From Ptychomitrium polyphyllum (taxonomy: Eukaryota): a stretch of DNA of 64,000 nt. Numbering within the stretch: the first letter of the stretch is position 1; each line of letters starts with the position of its first letter. The stretch covers positions 15,376,001-15,440,000 of the forward strand of contig OZ316775.1 in assembly GCA_973851085.1 (NCBI GenBank), written 5' to 3'. The notes beneath the pieces are model-generated. The model was not told the DNA's origin and did no database searches. It worked only from the letters and a program-made list of their open reading frames with translations. This document shows, piece after piece, positions 38,015-52,318 of the stretch. The translations under genes were made by a program, and so were the position numbers.

Positions 38015-41000
38015 ATGACTGTGAAGTTGGGGGGAGTAACTTACAACTTGGGCGAGGGTGGAGGTGCTCCAGGTATGCGTGTATGTATGGCGGTTGGGTT
38101 GATTGAACTTCATGGATTTCGTTTGTTGTTTTGCACCTTGGATGGGACACCCACCTGTAGTTTCCGGTGGTTCTGCTTCGGTAGGGTGAATCGTTGTCAC
38201 GACGTTGTCGTCTTCGTTTGTTTCTAGTGTTGGGTCGAGAATTCCGAAGTGATGAAAGGTGTGGTTTTGGAAGTGGATTTTGGAATGAGAGCAGCGGTAC
38301 TTTGTTTCGATGTGACCTAGTGTTGGATGAGCAGGTTGTTTGTTATTTTGAGTGGGTCAAGTTTGAAGGGTTGTACCCTTTTTGTTTACCGGTGTTCTAG
38401 ATGATTGGACTGGCGTGACTGAGTTACTTTGCGTAGACTGAAGTAGAGTCTCTTTTCGAAATGGCAAAATTCTAGGGGTATGTTTCTCATGTCTTTGAAG
38501 CTTAGTTGTGGTTACTGGCTGAGTTGATTCTCGCGAATTCGCTTTCGCTCCGCCTTCAATTTCCATGAATTTGCACCTTTAGTTTCTAAAACAATCTGGG
38601 CTATTTATGTGAATTTTTCGTAAGCAGGAGATTAGCAACATTCTACTTTGTGAATCGAACGACGCATAAAAGTTCTAAAGTTTTGTTGTGAATGCTTGCA
38701 ATGTCCCACAGTTCGGTTTTTAACAAGAAATGGCTTTACCTTTGTTAACCAGCTAGGTACTTACACGACGTCTGACTAAGATTCTTTTCTCGTCACCTTG
38801 GAGAGCTTTCCTACTCTCTACAAGAATGTGAACGAAATCGACAAGGAGACGCCGAAGCTTATGGCTCTGAATTCCTGCGCCGAATCCTTCCTGTAGTACA
38901 CAGTACAACAAAAATCTCTGCCTTCGACTTGAGAATCACCCCATCTAGCTCACACCTAATGGCGACCACAGAGGAGCCCGCAATCCCGAATGGAGACTCT
39001 ATCCTGCAAGACGACTTCGAAGCCCCAGTGCTGGCCGAGTTTCCTCTCGGATTACCGCCCACAATCGGGCCCTTGCCACGAGTGAACCCCTTCCACGAAT
39101 CGAACAAGTGGCCGCTCTACCAAGTGGTGAAGACCATTCTGCTCATCCCGCTCCTTCTCCTGCGCTTGTGGTGGATGGTCTCGCTCATGGCCTTCGCCTG
39201 GGTGTGCATCAAGGTCGCCCTCATTGGCGTCTCCGATCCCCTGTTCAAGCCCTTCAACCGTCTCCGCCGGTCCTTGCTCTGGAGTTGTAGGGTTGTGGCG
39301 AGAGGGGTGCTGTTCTGCATGGGCTACTACTACATCCCTATCAAAGGAAAGCCCGCGCACCGTTCCGTGGCGCCCATCATCGTGTCCAACCACATCGGTT
39401 TCGTGGATCCAATCTTCGTTTTCTACCGTCACTTGCCGGTCATCGTCTCTGCGAAGGAGAATGTGGAAATGCCCATCATTGGCATGTTTCTTCATGCGCT
39501 GCAAGTAGGATTCTACGTCTTGATTTTTTCTCTTTTTCCCCCATCCCCTTTCAAGTCTTGTTCACCGGTAATGGGGTTTGGGTTTTAGGGCTTCGTGTAG
39601 ATGTTGTTTTTTCATATATTTTTGTTGTTTGCAGATTATTCCGGTGGACCGAGTGGATCCTCAGTCTAGGCACCATGCGGCTGGGAACATTAAACGGAGG
39701 GCGATGGACAACAAGTGGCCGCATGTTATGTTATTTCCAGAAGGTACTACTACGAATGGGAAAGCAATCATCTCGTTCAAAACAGGGGCATTCTCGCCTG
39801 GGTTGTCTGTGCAACCCATGATCATCAGATACCCGCACAAGTATGTGAATCCGTGTTGGTGTGACCAAGGGGGTCCGCTGGTCGTTCTGTTTCAGCTCAT
39901 GACCCAGTTTGTTAATTACATGGAGGTATGTAACAGGGCTGCCACTACTTTTGGATTTGTCAATCTGTTATGTTCAACTCTCTTTTGTGAAGCTGCGATT
40001 CGAATGTAACTACGAAGAGAGGAGCTGGTCTACATTTTCAGCTAGTACAAGGATGCTTAGTACCTGCATAAGAGGGATCGTAAAGATTTTGATCACTCTT
40101 TTAGGTGGAGTACCTGCCGGTGATGTCGCCAACTGTGAAGGAGATGAAAAACCCTCGTGAATTTGCAAATAGGGTGCGCAGTGAGATGGCCAAAGCTTTG
40201 GGCGTTCCCTGCACGGAGCACAACTTTCTGGACATTAAATTAGCGATGGCTGCTCAGAAGCTCAAGCAGCCTCAAGGACGGTCATTGATTGAGTTTGGAC
40301 GCATGGAGAAGTTGTTTAGGCTCGACTATAAGACGGCTCAGGACTACCTGGCAAAGTTCAGTGCTATCAACGTTTCACATAGGTACTTGACTCTCGTGCC
40401 CACCATGTGCCCACCTCCCTTACATGTACTTGATTTGGGTATGAACAGCAGCATAAGGGATGTAAGTTTTCTGTGTGCTTCTAAATTCACTCGTTCTGAT
40501 TCAGTTTTCTTCTTGCGGTGATTGCAGTGGCTATGTTACCTTCGATGAGTTCCTTACGGCACTTGACCTTCCCCGTACACCAATTACTGAGCAGGTGTTC
40601 CATCTTTTTGACAAACAAGGGCACGGCTCCATAAACTTTCGTGAGGTACGAAAAATATATCTCCTTTCAACTTCTTCTTTGAAGCCAACTTCGAGAATGA
40701 AATCAGTTCGGTTATGGAGTAAGTTTATTTTCAAGCACTATGTGTTGGCAGTTTCTGGCAGGGCTTGCATTTGTGTCAACCCACACGTCATTCTCAAGTA
40801 CGATGAAGGCTGCATTCAAGGCATGCGATACGAATGGCGATGGCACCCTTTCGCGTGACGAGGTGGAGACAAGCTTGCTCGCAATCTTTCCGGAACTCGC
40901 TCCAGTAACGGTAACGTTCGCTATTACACGCCTTATCGATTCTGTTGCTTTTCTTTGTTTGCAAATCCTTCATTTCTACCACAAACTTCGTCCACTCAAG

Positions 41001-41209
41001 AATGTGCACATAGACTAAGTCGTGAAACTTTTCCGACTGGCTTGCAGGTGTTGAAGCTTTTCGATACCTTGGACATAGATCGTGATGGCAGCATCAGCTG
41101 GGAGGAGTTTAGTAGTTTTCTGCAAGGAAATCCGGAGTATCTGGCCATCATTATGGCTGCACACCCTACTTTGCTGCAGGCACCCAAGCCAGAAGATCAA
41201 AGTCTGTAA
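38015..41209 (+). CDS. LPEAT2: Lysophospholipid acyltransferase with C-terminal EF-hands (LPEAT2/LPCAT-like)
   Basis: PlsC motifs SNHIGFVD and FPEGT; EF loops DKQGHGSINFRE, DTNGDGTLSRDE, DIDRDGSISWEE. Exons 38015-38072 (tentative), 38897-39504, 39635-39925, 40105-40382, 40527-40645, 40752-40910 and 41048-41209. The alternative start is ATG 38959. Confidence 0.88.
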
Positions 41210-42256
41210 AATAATATCCGGAATCCTTCAGATCAACCCTTCTGTGTCCTTGAAGCTGTGAAGTGGAAGAAGTTGAAGAAGGGGATGCAGCTCTTCAAGC
41301 TTTCAAGCGTTTCAATCCATTCAGTTAGCCTTCACGACGAGAGCTTCTTTTTATTTTAATCTCTTTGATGTGAATATTCGAATATTGAGCAATGGCGATT
41401 GATTTTTGAAGATGGGATCCAAGTCGATCTCAGCTTGAGAACGATTTCCTCTTTCAGAGTACTAGTGATTTTGATAGTTTTATTGGAGCTCATAATTTTG
41501 GAAACAGACACGTATGTGCTGTACTAAGTTATACTCTTTAGAATTGGAACATGATTCGCTACCTGTCTAAACTTATTACAATTTTGCCATGTCAAGTCGT
41601 GAGTCAGCAGCCATATATGGAGCAAATGCCTTGGTAATGACAGGCTTTTGATCTGCTGAGAGGCACAGCTTTCACATGGTATGAAATCTGCTTAAGTTGT
41701 ATTTTATGATGTGATTTTCCTGTAAATTCTAGGTGCCTATTCTGAGATTTGTACATCAATCCTCTTTTACTTAAAAGAAAATACGTGAGTTTGCTTATGA
41801 ATTATGATTGCATTTTTACACCATTTAGTTGGTGGTCCATCCTGGTTTTCGTTTAGGTGTTTGGTCAATCCTGTGGTGCCTCATTCAGGACTATGAGGGC
41901 AGGCTATGGTGCTGCATTTGGGCCTTCTTTAGGTCCCAGCCTCTAACCTTTGTGTTTTTACCATGTAATTTTCTGACGATGGGTGCAAAGGGCATTTGTG
42001 ACTCTCAGCTACACATCTTGACTATAGCTACATAGCTCCTGCCTAAAAAGGAGGTCAATTGTATAAGTGGAAATTGTTGTAACTATGCAGAAGGAATCAA
42101 TCTTTCAATAATAAAAAAGACAATAGTCTTTGAAATCCACTCCCTTGTCAAGATATGTCATTGTAAGTTGTCAAAACCACTACTTGCAGATGACATGAGC
42201 ACAACCTGAATTCTATTGTTGGCCATATGCCAACTCATTCAAGTATGTAATGATGT

Positions 42257-42310
42257 GAGAATTCATTTATGCCTTGGAGCTGAGAGAATTCATTTATGCC
42301 TTGGAGCTGA
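42257..42310. repeat. Perfect 27-bp tandem duplication
   Basis: GAGAATTCATTTATGCCTTGGAGCTGA x2. Confidence 0.9.
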
Positions 42311-42399
42311 AAGTATTCAGATACTATTGTGCATTTGTTTACAACTAATATTATAACACAATAGTAGGTGTGAAGTTTCCATGGACAATTTTGACCACT

Positions 42400-45300
42400 C
42401 TAAAAATTTCTACATTTTAAGACAATCTTGACAAATTTGGAAAACAAAGACAATTACGTAAAAAAAACAAAACCACTCTTTTTTTCATTCTTATTTATCT
42501 TAATTGAAAACATCTTTACTTTAAACCTCTTTTCAAATAGAAAATCAAAAACAATCACTAAGTGAATAATATGAATTGATATTAAAGATGTTATTAAATT
42601 AAAAATCTCAATGAATTTTGAATTTTAGATACTAGATCTTCTTCAAATTGCACCCATAATCATTCACTAATTTTTCTTCAAAAAACAAATCCATGTACAA
42701 GAATGTAAATAACATTTTTTTAATATTTTAATATGATTGTTATAAGGATTAAATGTCTAAATAAATTTAAAATTTGAAGGTGTATTATTTCAAATTGGTG
42801 AAGTAAAAGTAAGTGCACAATAGGAATATTAATTTAAATATCATTTGTACAAAGTATAGATACAATATGCATGTTTAAAATTAAAATATGGATGTATATA
42901 TACATTAAGCATATATAAAAGAGCAAAAAGCTAGAGCATAAGTATTTTAAATATATATATTACTTTGTATAAGGAGCATTTTAAAAGAAGTTATAAATGC
43001 ATGTGATGCTTAAACAAAATAAGAAATATATATTGTACATGTTTAGATATTATGCAATTGTATTTACTCAAATTTTTTTAATTGCAAAGGTGATTAAATG
43101 TCAATTTATCACAATAGGTATATGAAAATTAAACATTTAATTCTTCAATTTCCATAGCAATTGTAAAAACTAAATATTGAAAATTGAAGTATTTTTATTT
43201 AAAATTAATACTTTTACTATTTTACAAAGATTGATATGCAAATATTAAAGTATAAATTTGTATGACTATACTTAAAGTTTTATAGCTTAAAATTAGACCA
43301 ATATTGAAGAATCATTGCCTTTAATTGTACAAATACCAAACATTTTTGGTTATATACTAAAGTTGTATAATACATCTTAGAATTGAAGTTATACACTAAT
43401 TATATAGTATGGATGATAACTTATATATTGAAGTGACAAATTTTAATAAAGATGTGATTTTTAATGTATTAAAGATTTATTTGAAGCAGTGTAGAGAAAA
43501 AATTATCATCAATTATTTTGTGCAATCTATTTTAAGATGTTACCTATTTGAAAAGAAACCATTTGATGGCTACATGATGGTTGTGTGGAGCTTAAAAGAA
43601 ATATAAGATTTAAACATGTATAAAATTACATATTACAATTTAACCACTTGTAAACTAGCAATTTCAACATTCCATCAATTTTTTGTAAATTTTATAAGTT
43701 TTGTAAATAGATACTTTGTACACATAAAATTTATGAAAGTAAATGTACTAATTCATGTTTTTTATGACATACAAAATTATTACTATTATCAATAGGACAA
43801 CATTTTTAAGAAGCTTTTAAAATTAGGAACATAATACCATTAGCAATTTAGTGAATCAACAATCATTGAGAATATAATTGCAATCGAATTTGCAATGTAA
43901 TCATTCACATAATAAAACATCATTGTTTGCAAAAAAAACTTCCATACTTTTAAAAGTAAAATTCAAATAAAACTTTAAAATCTTGAAAACTAAAGATTAA
44001 ATTGTTAATCAAATAAGAAGAAGTTTGGAACATAAAAAAATTGAAGCAAAAAGGTAGTTAATGATTTAAAACATTAATAAAGTTGGATGTTTGAAATGAA
44101 AAAATTAATAAAAATAAAAATATCAAATGTAAAACTAAAATATCTAAAATACAAAATAACAACTTCCAAATCAAAGTCAAAATGCCTTAAAATGATAATC
44201 TTGCTAGTGGAATGGAGCTTTGAAAATTCTCGCAATAGATGTGGTGGTTTTTTACAATTTAAGATCATGAATTGCAATAAAATCTTTATTAGATTTAGTT
44301 TTCTAAAATATAGTACCCTTCATTCTTTTATAAATTTATGAAAAAAACACTTTAAATGGTACAAAAGCAACTCAATGGCCTCTCATTTCATATCTCTTTT
44401 TTCTCCTTCTATTTAAACTTTCTTCTCTATGCGAGTTGATTGAATATAATTCTTCTTATTTTTTCTTAAACAATAAGTATTTGAGATTATGAATGTTTGT
44501 CGTTGAAACATTATTTTTTGCCAAGATGTTGTATGAATATGCTATTTCTATTTTAATTATAATTATCATCTATGCATTTAAAACAAATCACAAGTGGAAA
44601 ATTAATGCCTCTACTATTTCATGTCTTATTGACCAAAGATACTTCTTTTTATCTTTTAACGACTTTAGAAATAAAAACAATACTTCAAATAGAAAAAAAC
44701 AAAATAATCCAAAAGTTTCTCTGATGGGCATAAATCTTTATTTTTACATAATATCAGCTTAGCAAAGAATTGAAATTAGTTTAAAAAGTAAATACAAAAA
44801 TAACACAAACAAAACCAACTAAATTTGTAAAACTATAATTTCTCAATTTCCAAAAAGAAAATCAAGAAAAGCCAAAATTTAGTAATTATTTTCTAAATGT
44901 GTATAGAAGATAATAATGTGTCTTTATTTTTACAATATTTACTAAAATTAAATATAAATTAAACAAGGTGATGTACAATTCAATAATAATTTAAATAAAT
45001 CCACAGGCTTATCACTTGTTGAATCCATTAAAAGGTTTGTAATTTAGTTTTGAAAACATAATAGAGTTAATAAAAATTTGAGAGCCTATAATAACTAAAA
45101 AATGATTCAAATATATTAAATCTCATTACTTTGTCGTCATTATTTTAAAAGATGTATAATTAGTTACTTTGAATGTAGCTTTTAGGTTTTTATGTGTACA
45201 CTAGTATAAAAAAGAAAGCTTGTAATCCTCTCCATCTCTCCATCTGTTTGTCAGCACATAAACCTGGATGTTAATTTATACTTAATTTTATTCATTTAAC

Positions 45301-45600
45301 ATATTGAAAGGAAATTTTATGTAATTATAAGATATGAGCACATTTATGAACAATGGAGTATCTAGCAAGGTGTTTCATTCTTGGACAGGGCTTTGGCAAA
45401 AATAACAAAGATGAGAACTAAAACATAGGATGTTTTTTGATTCTTTTTAGATAAAAATGATTGAAAAAAATTCTGCCTTATATACTATTAGACGTTCAAA
45501 ATACATTTGATTTTAATATGTGGAAATTTAAAGAATAGTTATGAAAACAAGTATAAATGTGTGAATGTTTTTCATAACATAATACAATGTTCCCATTATG
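42400..45600. other. Very AT-rich, CpG-depleted intergenic block (similar blocks ~23.9-25.5, 35.5-36.9 and 54.0-57.6 kb), possibly decayed repeat DNA
   Basis: Composition judged by eye; no recognisable transposon ORF or termini. Confidence 0.4.
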
Positions 45601-48600
45601 CTATAACCATTACTAAATACTTACTTCATTTAGATACACGCCCACTTTACACTACATGCCGTCTCCATGCTTACAACATAGAAATAGTGTAAGGTTGTCT
45701 TGCACAAGTCTAGTGCAAAAGTATTTCTTCAAGCATTGTCCAAAGCACTGTCTGTTTCTCAATCAAAAAGCTTCATTTTTAGTGGCACAAGACGCAAGAG
45801 TGAAGACCCTCAACTCCTTTACAGAATCTAGTTTGCAGGAAGAATGTGACAGCCCTGCAGTTCCGGTGGCAGCAAGCATAGGTTAAGGATCTGCTAAAAG
45901 TGTGCGTGGGAATATCTTCTACAAACGGCGGCATGACTGCTCATTATAGTAGCTTAGTGTCATTGCAATGCAAGAAAAAGTTCTCCTCTGCAGCACTTGG
46001 GAAATACGGAATCATCCCTAACATCTGCATTCTGTGGATAACATTTTTATCTTCCAAATTCTGACATGTCCACATTGAAACAGGTTAACAGAACTCTCAA
46101 AGACTGGAAGTCTAGAACCTCCTAGGTATGGGCCCCAAGTTGATCGTGTGTGTACTCTGGCTAGCCACGACCACATCCATTCTGCTTACATCATAGCAGC
46201 TCTGAATGGAAGCAGTGTTTATGACAAGCTCAATAATTGTTGTTGCCCATAGTGATTAAAATTAGTTGGTTTTTAGCATTTTCAATCATGAAGAACTTAT
46301 CAGGACTGTACATTTGAAGTATGTATGATTGGGATGTGCCCATAGCAAGTAGCACATGTGATGGTAGCGGTCTTGGCTAGAGTAAGTTATGTAGAGGTAG
46401 CTTACTGGAATGATTATTGGAGAGCAGTATCATAGTGGCAATGAAACATGACAGTTTCCATCATTTTTGAAGCTTATTATTCTACTCAAACAGAGTAAAT
46501 GGTCCACAAGGGAACAACATGAGCAAGAGCATAGGAAATCTCTACACCTCTCTGCATGCATCAGAGAACCTATAGTTTAATTTATCTGGAGCACTTTCAC
46601 GAACTTACTGCTCAGACATGGCATAGGAAGCAGGCACCTTCCAGCCTGGATTGTTGGTTTGCAGGCCCTCAGACCATCTCCAGCATACACACGCCAGAAT
46701 CTGAAAATGAATGTTTTTGTTCATATGGAATAAATATTTGAAAACATCATCATCACATGCACATACAAAAATTCACATTTTAAAAAACTAAAAATAGGCA
46801 CTAAAATTATAGGTTTGGACATTGGATAACAAATCCACATTCTTTGTAAGCATGTTTATATGAGTAGTTTGAAGAGAAGCACCAAATTTTTTTGGAGCTA
46901 AAGGAAACTCATTCTTCACATCATTTATATTTGCTAACTAGTTCTTCTCAAATCCAAAAACTTCATGGTATTCCTCAAATTCTATACATCAACATGTTTG
47001 CATGGGATGTAGTTTTGAAAATTGAGAAGTTTTGGTGCATACTTTATGTGGTTTGAACCTTTTTGTAATCAAACAACTATATGACAAAACAAATTGTCAA
47101 ATATTGAATTTGATTCTTTCATGAGAAGAATTTTTGCTTAAAGAATAAAATTATTTGTAATGTTTGTTGAACAATCTAATGATAATTATAATTTAGACTT
47201 CAAGCTCCGTTTTCTAGAGGATCTAAATACTGCAACCTTCAATTAACAAAAGTTTCAATTTAAATATGTTATGAACTTCAAAGTTATAAAATGTAAAAAT
47301 GACTATGAAAAGATGCTACTTAGTTTTATATTTTGTAATTTCTTCATGATTTTAGGTATATTTTTTTGTATTAAAAAGAAACAATAATAGCTTTGCACTT
47401 GAAAATTTATAAAAATTCAATAAACATTTAGATGTTACAATAAATTTAGGATAGGTAAATGATATAATGAATAACTTTGATATGATCCTTTTCTTGAATT
47501 TCTTGAAAAGCTTTATGGCTTATTAAATGCTACTAAGTGTTAGTGAATCTTAGTTCCAATAGGATTGTGAAAGGGTTAAAGTACTTCCAAGGGTGGTGTC
47601 AAATTATGACTACAGATCATTATTCAGCATTTGGCATTTGATTGCAACTTATGTATACAGTACATACCATTTGATAGTTTGGACATATTTTTTACTTTCA
47701 TTTTTATAATTTGGAGTACACAGAATATCACTGTCAGCTACATAATCTTAAATGATAATAATATATATGATAAAGGCTGGAGATGCTGTAACATGAAAGC
47801 TATACCAAACACATTTAAAAGATAAGTTATGTCACAGCTGCAGAGTAGTAAGTTCTGGTCTGCTGCCAGCCTTCAGGTGACTCCCATGTGAAGCAACTTG
47901 GATTGCAAGCATGATCTAAGCCAAAAATCTTAACAATCATATGTAAAATGTATAAGCCAAAAATCTCAACAATAACTTGTAAAATGTGTAATAGAGCACA
48001 CAGAACAATTCAAAAAAAGTTAAAACAAAAATAATTTACAAACTGTAGAGAGAGCACTAGCATGTGTGCTTGAAAAGCCATCATGTAATGCATTTCTGCA
48101 CATGCAGTTTTAGTGGAAGCACAAAAGGAAAAAGTTGCAAATATGGGTTCATATGGGTGGGATTGTAGTCCAGACAAAAGAGGACAGCACTCTCCCAATC
48201 TGCCATTGTGGTCTTTCCACAGGCAGCTGCCTTGTGGACTAGACAGTCAGGTGCAGCTGCTATGATAGTACCCATTATCATCACAGTACAGATTGCCGTC
48301 ACTATGTCTGAATTGAGACAGGTGAGCCAATACGAAGCAGTTAAACAATAATAAAATCATGGAACACCACCTTCCTCTTCATCATATTATGACATTGTTC
48401 TCTCCATGGACCTATGGATTTCAAAGCCTGTTGGAAAGTTTGTGGAGAATGTAGTTCTAAAAATCAACCTAATTTGTCTGAAATGTAGTTCCTATGCAAA
48501 TAACCTTCAAAATCCAGATACATGTGCAAGTCCATAACACCAAACACTACTTTAAAGAAGCATAATAGATAATTAGGCCAAGTGATTTGCATTTCTACAG

Positions 48601-51157
48601 TAGGAATCCACAGAGCTGTTAGTAATCTTTCATCTTATTCAGGCTTTTTCATGGCAGATATGGCTGCCATATGTAACCTTAGCAGTAGGCTGTCTTAGCG
48701 TGCAAACCTAATACCTTGTCATGCACGTTTGATAGTTTTGTATGTTGGTTATGATCTACCTAACCTGTAGACCTGGAGGTATTGGGGCCACAATACCTGC
48801 CATTATCTGCTACTATCGGTAAGCTAATAATCATCTGAATCCATGGAGCCTGCCAAATGTATGGTATATCAGATTGTGCATTTCTGGATGGCTGAGCCAG
48901 TGTGATGAAGAAGCAAGAAAGGGAACATGACTGTCAGATGCTGAGTTGTCTGTCTGGCACAGAGAGATGAACTTGTGATGTGCTGTGTAAGTTAATGTCA
49001 GATTACTAAGTTTATAATATGGGCCCAAACTTCGTCCAGATAAATTTCTGAAGATAAATCTCTAGATATATTGTTGCATGGAGTCCCTGCATGATCATGC
49101 ACTGCCACTAATTGCTCAAACAGGTAAGCTACTCAACAAGCTCCTTGTAGCAGTATTGTCTTCATGAGACAAACCTCAAATCAATGTGAAAAACTGAAAT
49201 GACAACTTCTGGCTCATCATAGATTTGCAGGCGAGATCCTAAAACTTGAATCTGATAAAACGGGATAAATTCCATGGATTAAAAAAAAAAACTCTCTGTT
49301 TAGAGTTTTATAAAATTGCAAAAACATAATGTTTACACTTCTCAAGCAGACAGGCGTTAGAGTGGCTGCTATGAAGCAAGCCTAAAAAGTAGCTCGGTTC
49401 AATGAGACTCTTGCTGCCTTGAAAGTGCGTGCACCAGTACTGCATAGCCGCCTTTTGCCCCGCGTATTAAATGAAAAGCTCCAGCCATGAACGAGCGGTA
49501 CACCAGAGCCACCTCTTCACGACTTCCAATTCCCCAACACCATCAAGAAACGGCGAGCCTAGAGGCCCCCTCAGATGCTCACACACACCAGGCATTACTT
49601 CTTCGGTTAGCAAGATCCCACTTCCTGTTCACCAACCATTATCACATCTTATTTCCCTCCCCCCTGAAACGCCATTACTGCCACCCCTTGTCATTACCCT
49701 GCCGATAACTGTAATATGATTCTCCCAACTCAAGATCCTTTTACGCAACACCGATACTGCACCCCAAAACAGACTTAATCTACCGTAATACCGATTATGC
49801 GAAGTATGTGCACAGTGATGGTATCCGATACCGACAGAATCTACACCCTGAGCTGATTTCATGCCGTAATATGCCAGTTTTTGGAGAGAAGTAACGGTTT
49901 TAGGTATGCAGCCCATGTACTCTTCCGTTGGCGCAAGTACTAACGAATTCAGTAAATGGATGTATTTGATGATATGCTCATGGATGGGAAAGGGATCTCA
50001 GGGATTCAGTATTTGTTTGTTGTTGGAGCAGCAAAGCAGCAGCTGCACTTGCTTGCTTGTTCTTCTGCACGCTGGAGCAGTGGAGCTAATGTTGTGTGTC
50101 AGACACTACCTTAACAGAATGCGCATGATTCTTGTTTGTTACTCGAGCCAGCCGACATATTCTCTCTCTCGTTCTCTGATGCTGCAGTTGTACAGTCCAG
50201 TTTAACTGCTGCATCCTCCTGCTGCACATGGCTGGAAGCTGGCGGAGCTTCAGCTTCTACTTCTTAATGCTTACCTCCAACTTTCTGTGTCATTGGAGAA
50301 GAATGTGACGTTTTTCGTGGCGGTAGGTTACTATTTTCTTAGCTGTGGATTAATAGCAGAAGCGGCGGCACGGTTTGCCTGATTGTAATTGAAGTAGACC
50401 TTAAGTTTCGAGGACATTAGAAATGGTTGGACGTAGAGCGCGGGCGATCGAGAGATGTCGATGATCGTTCGTGAGGCGTGGGAGTTAATTGGTGTAACTC
50501 TGTTCTCCCGAAAGTCGTACTAAGATGTAGAACGAATTTTAGTTTTTGAAGTGTGGCGAGTGAGCTGGACGAAGTGACGACGTTATTTTCGTGTCCGTCC
50601 TGTTGAAAAGGAATTGGCTCTAAGTTCCGGCTACTGTGGAAGGATTACTTCGAGCTCTATGGGAGAGAGAATGTAAGAAGCCGCTTAGGTTTGTGATTCT
50701 GTCACAAGGACGAAGAGGGGAGGTGGAAGGGAACAATGGCTTCAGGTCCTGAGGAACCGATTCTTTAGATTTAAGCACAGCGCCAGAGGAGAAGATGCTT
50801 TCAGCATTGTCTTTGACGGGGATCCCTTCTTGGATTGAAGCAGAACCTTGGAGTTGCACTGGCGCTTGGACTTGCTAATTTTTTCCTCGCGATGCATCTT
50901 CGTCACTGGATCTTCACAATATCGTATGTGCATCTGGTGCTCACTGAATTCTGACAAGAGGTTGGAAGCGCAGCGAGGTCGAGACGGGAGTTGAAGTAGG
51001 ATTGATCTGGTCTTAAGACGATAAGTTAAGGCTACCAAGCTCCAAAACGATTCACAACGGCTAATGCAGCTCTTCCGATTATACTCCCTGCCATTTTACT
51101 ATCGACTCTGGTTATTGTTGCACGAGGCTGTGGCTGTGCATAGGTGGAGAAGCGGCG

Positions 51158-52318
51158 ATGGCGATGATCTGCTGGAGCTTTATTATGGTGCTCTTGCTGA
51201 CTCTAACGGCACTTGTCGCCCCTTGCCAACCTCTTTTCCAACCTCCGGCAGGTATGTTGAGTCTCGGCCTCCTTACCTTCTGTCACCCCTGCTTTCTCGT
51301 ACTCCTGTTTATGTCGTTCGGAGAGAATTTGTGTCGAAACTGGAGTATCGTCCAATCGTTTACGGACAAAGCAGACGCGGAAGGTTGTATTGAGTTTAGT
51401 GTTGATGCGTATTTGAAATGTCTTTTGAACTAAGATAACACATGGCGTCGTCGCTAGTCCACGAGGTCAACGTGATACAGTAAGAATCTTGGGCACTGGC
51501 AGTTTTCACAGACTGATTCTATCAGAAACTTAGGTTGACCTTAAGGTGACGAGTGCAGTGAGCGTCACTAAGTAGGAGCATGAATATACGGTATCATTAG
51601 TTTCCCTGTTCTCAAAGCTTTAGATTGAGTCGCGCCAATGTAACTTCAATCTGATGTACGTCTTAATTGTACAGAGAGTAGGTCTAATTTTTTTTGAATG
51701 GAGTTAGCTGGAAAGATTTTTTCCAGTGAGCTGATTGCGCTGTTTGCTGAATGCTCGCCTTGTGTAACAGAGCCATATCACTTGCACGCGAGAGGTTTGG
51801 AGACCTCAAAAGCTGCGATTGAGAATCAATCTCCTCATTATGTGAGATTTTTTACCTTTCATGGCGCCCTTTTGAAATTTGAATTCAAATCTCAGAAAAA
51901 TTCCACTGCTGAACCTTTTCTTACTAGAATTTGTGTCGTCTCTAGACTGATCGTTGTAGTGATTCTTCATAGTAAGGTTCTCGAAGGTTACTGACGTCAT
52001 TTTCCGGCTTGATTTATGCAGGTCACAGGAGGCTCCGATGTGGAGCAAAGTTGGAACGTGCTCGTGGGCCGACGAGGTCGGTTCCGGAGACTTGTCCAAC
52101 GCGGCAACGATCTGGTGTGCGACCAGCAACTGAATTGCAAAAGGGGTGGAACAGTGAGCCAGTCAATTGATTCTGATAGAGTACGAACTCGTGAAATTCT
52201 CGCCAATTACCGACTGCCTCGAGTCAAGCACATGGCGCACTTGGACTCCGACCGAATGGTCCCAACTGGCCCCAATCCGTTGCACAACAGCAACCGATCT
52301 CAGGTCATATTCCCTTGA
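51158..52318 (+). CDS. CLE: CLAVATA3/ESR-related (CLE) peptide precursor; signal-peptide exon plus CLE-motif exon
   Basis: Exon 51158-51251 encodes a hydrophobic signal peptide MAMICWSFIMVLLLTLTALVAPCQP and ends G|GTATG. The CLE dodecapeptide RMVPTGPNPLHN lies at 52253-52288, followed by SNRSQVIFP*. Internal exon structure is uncertain. Confidence 0.88.
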
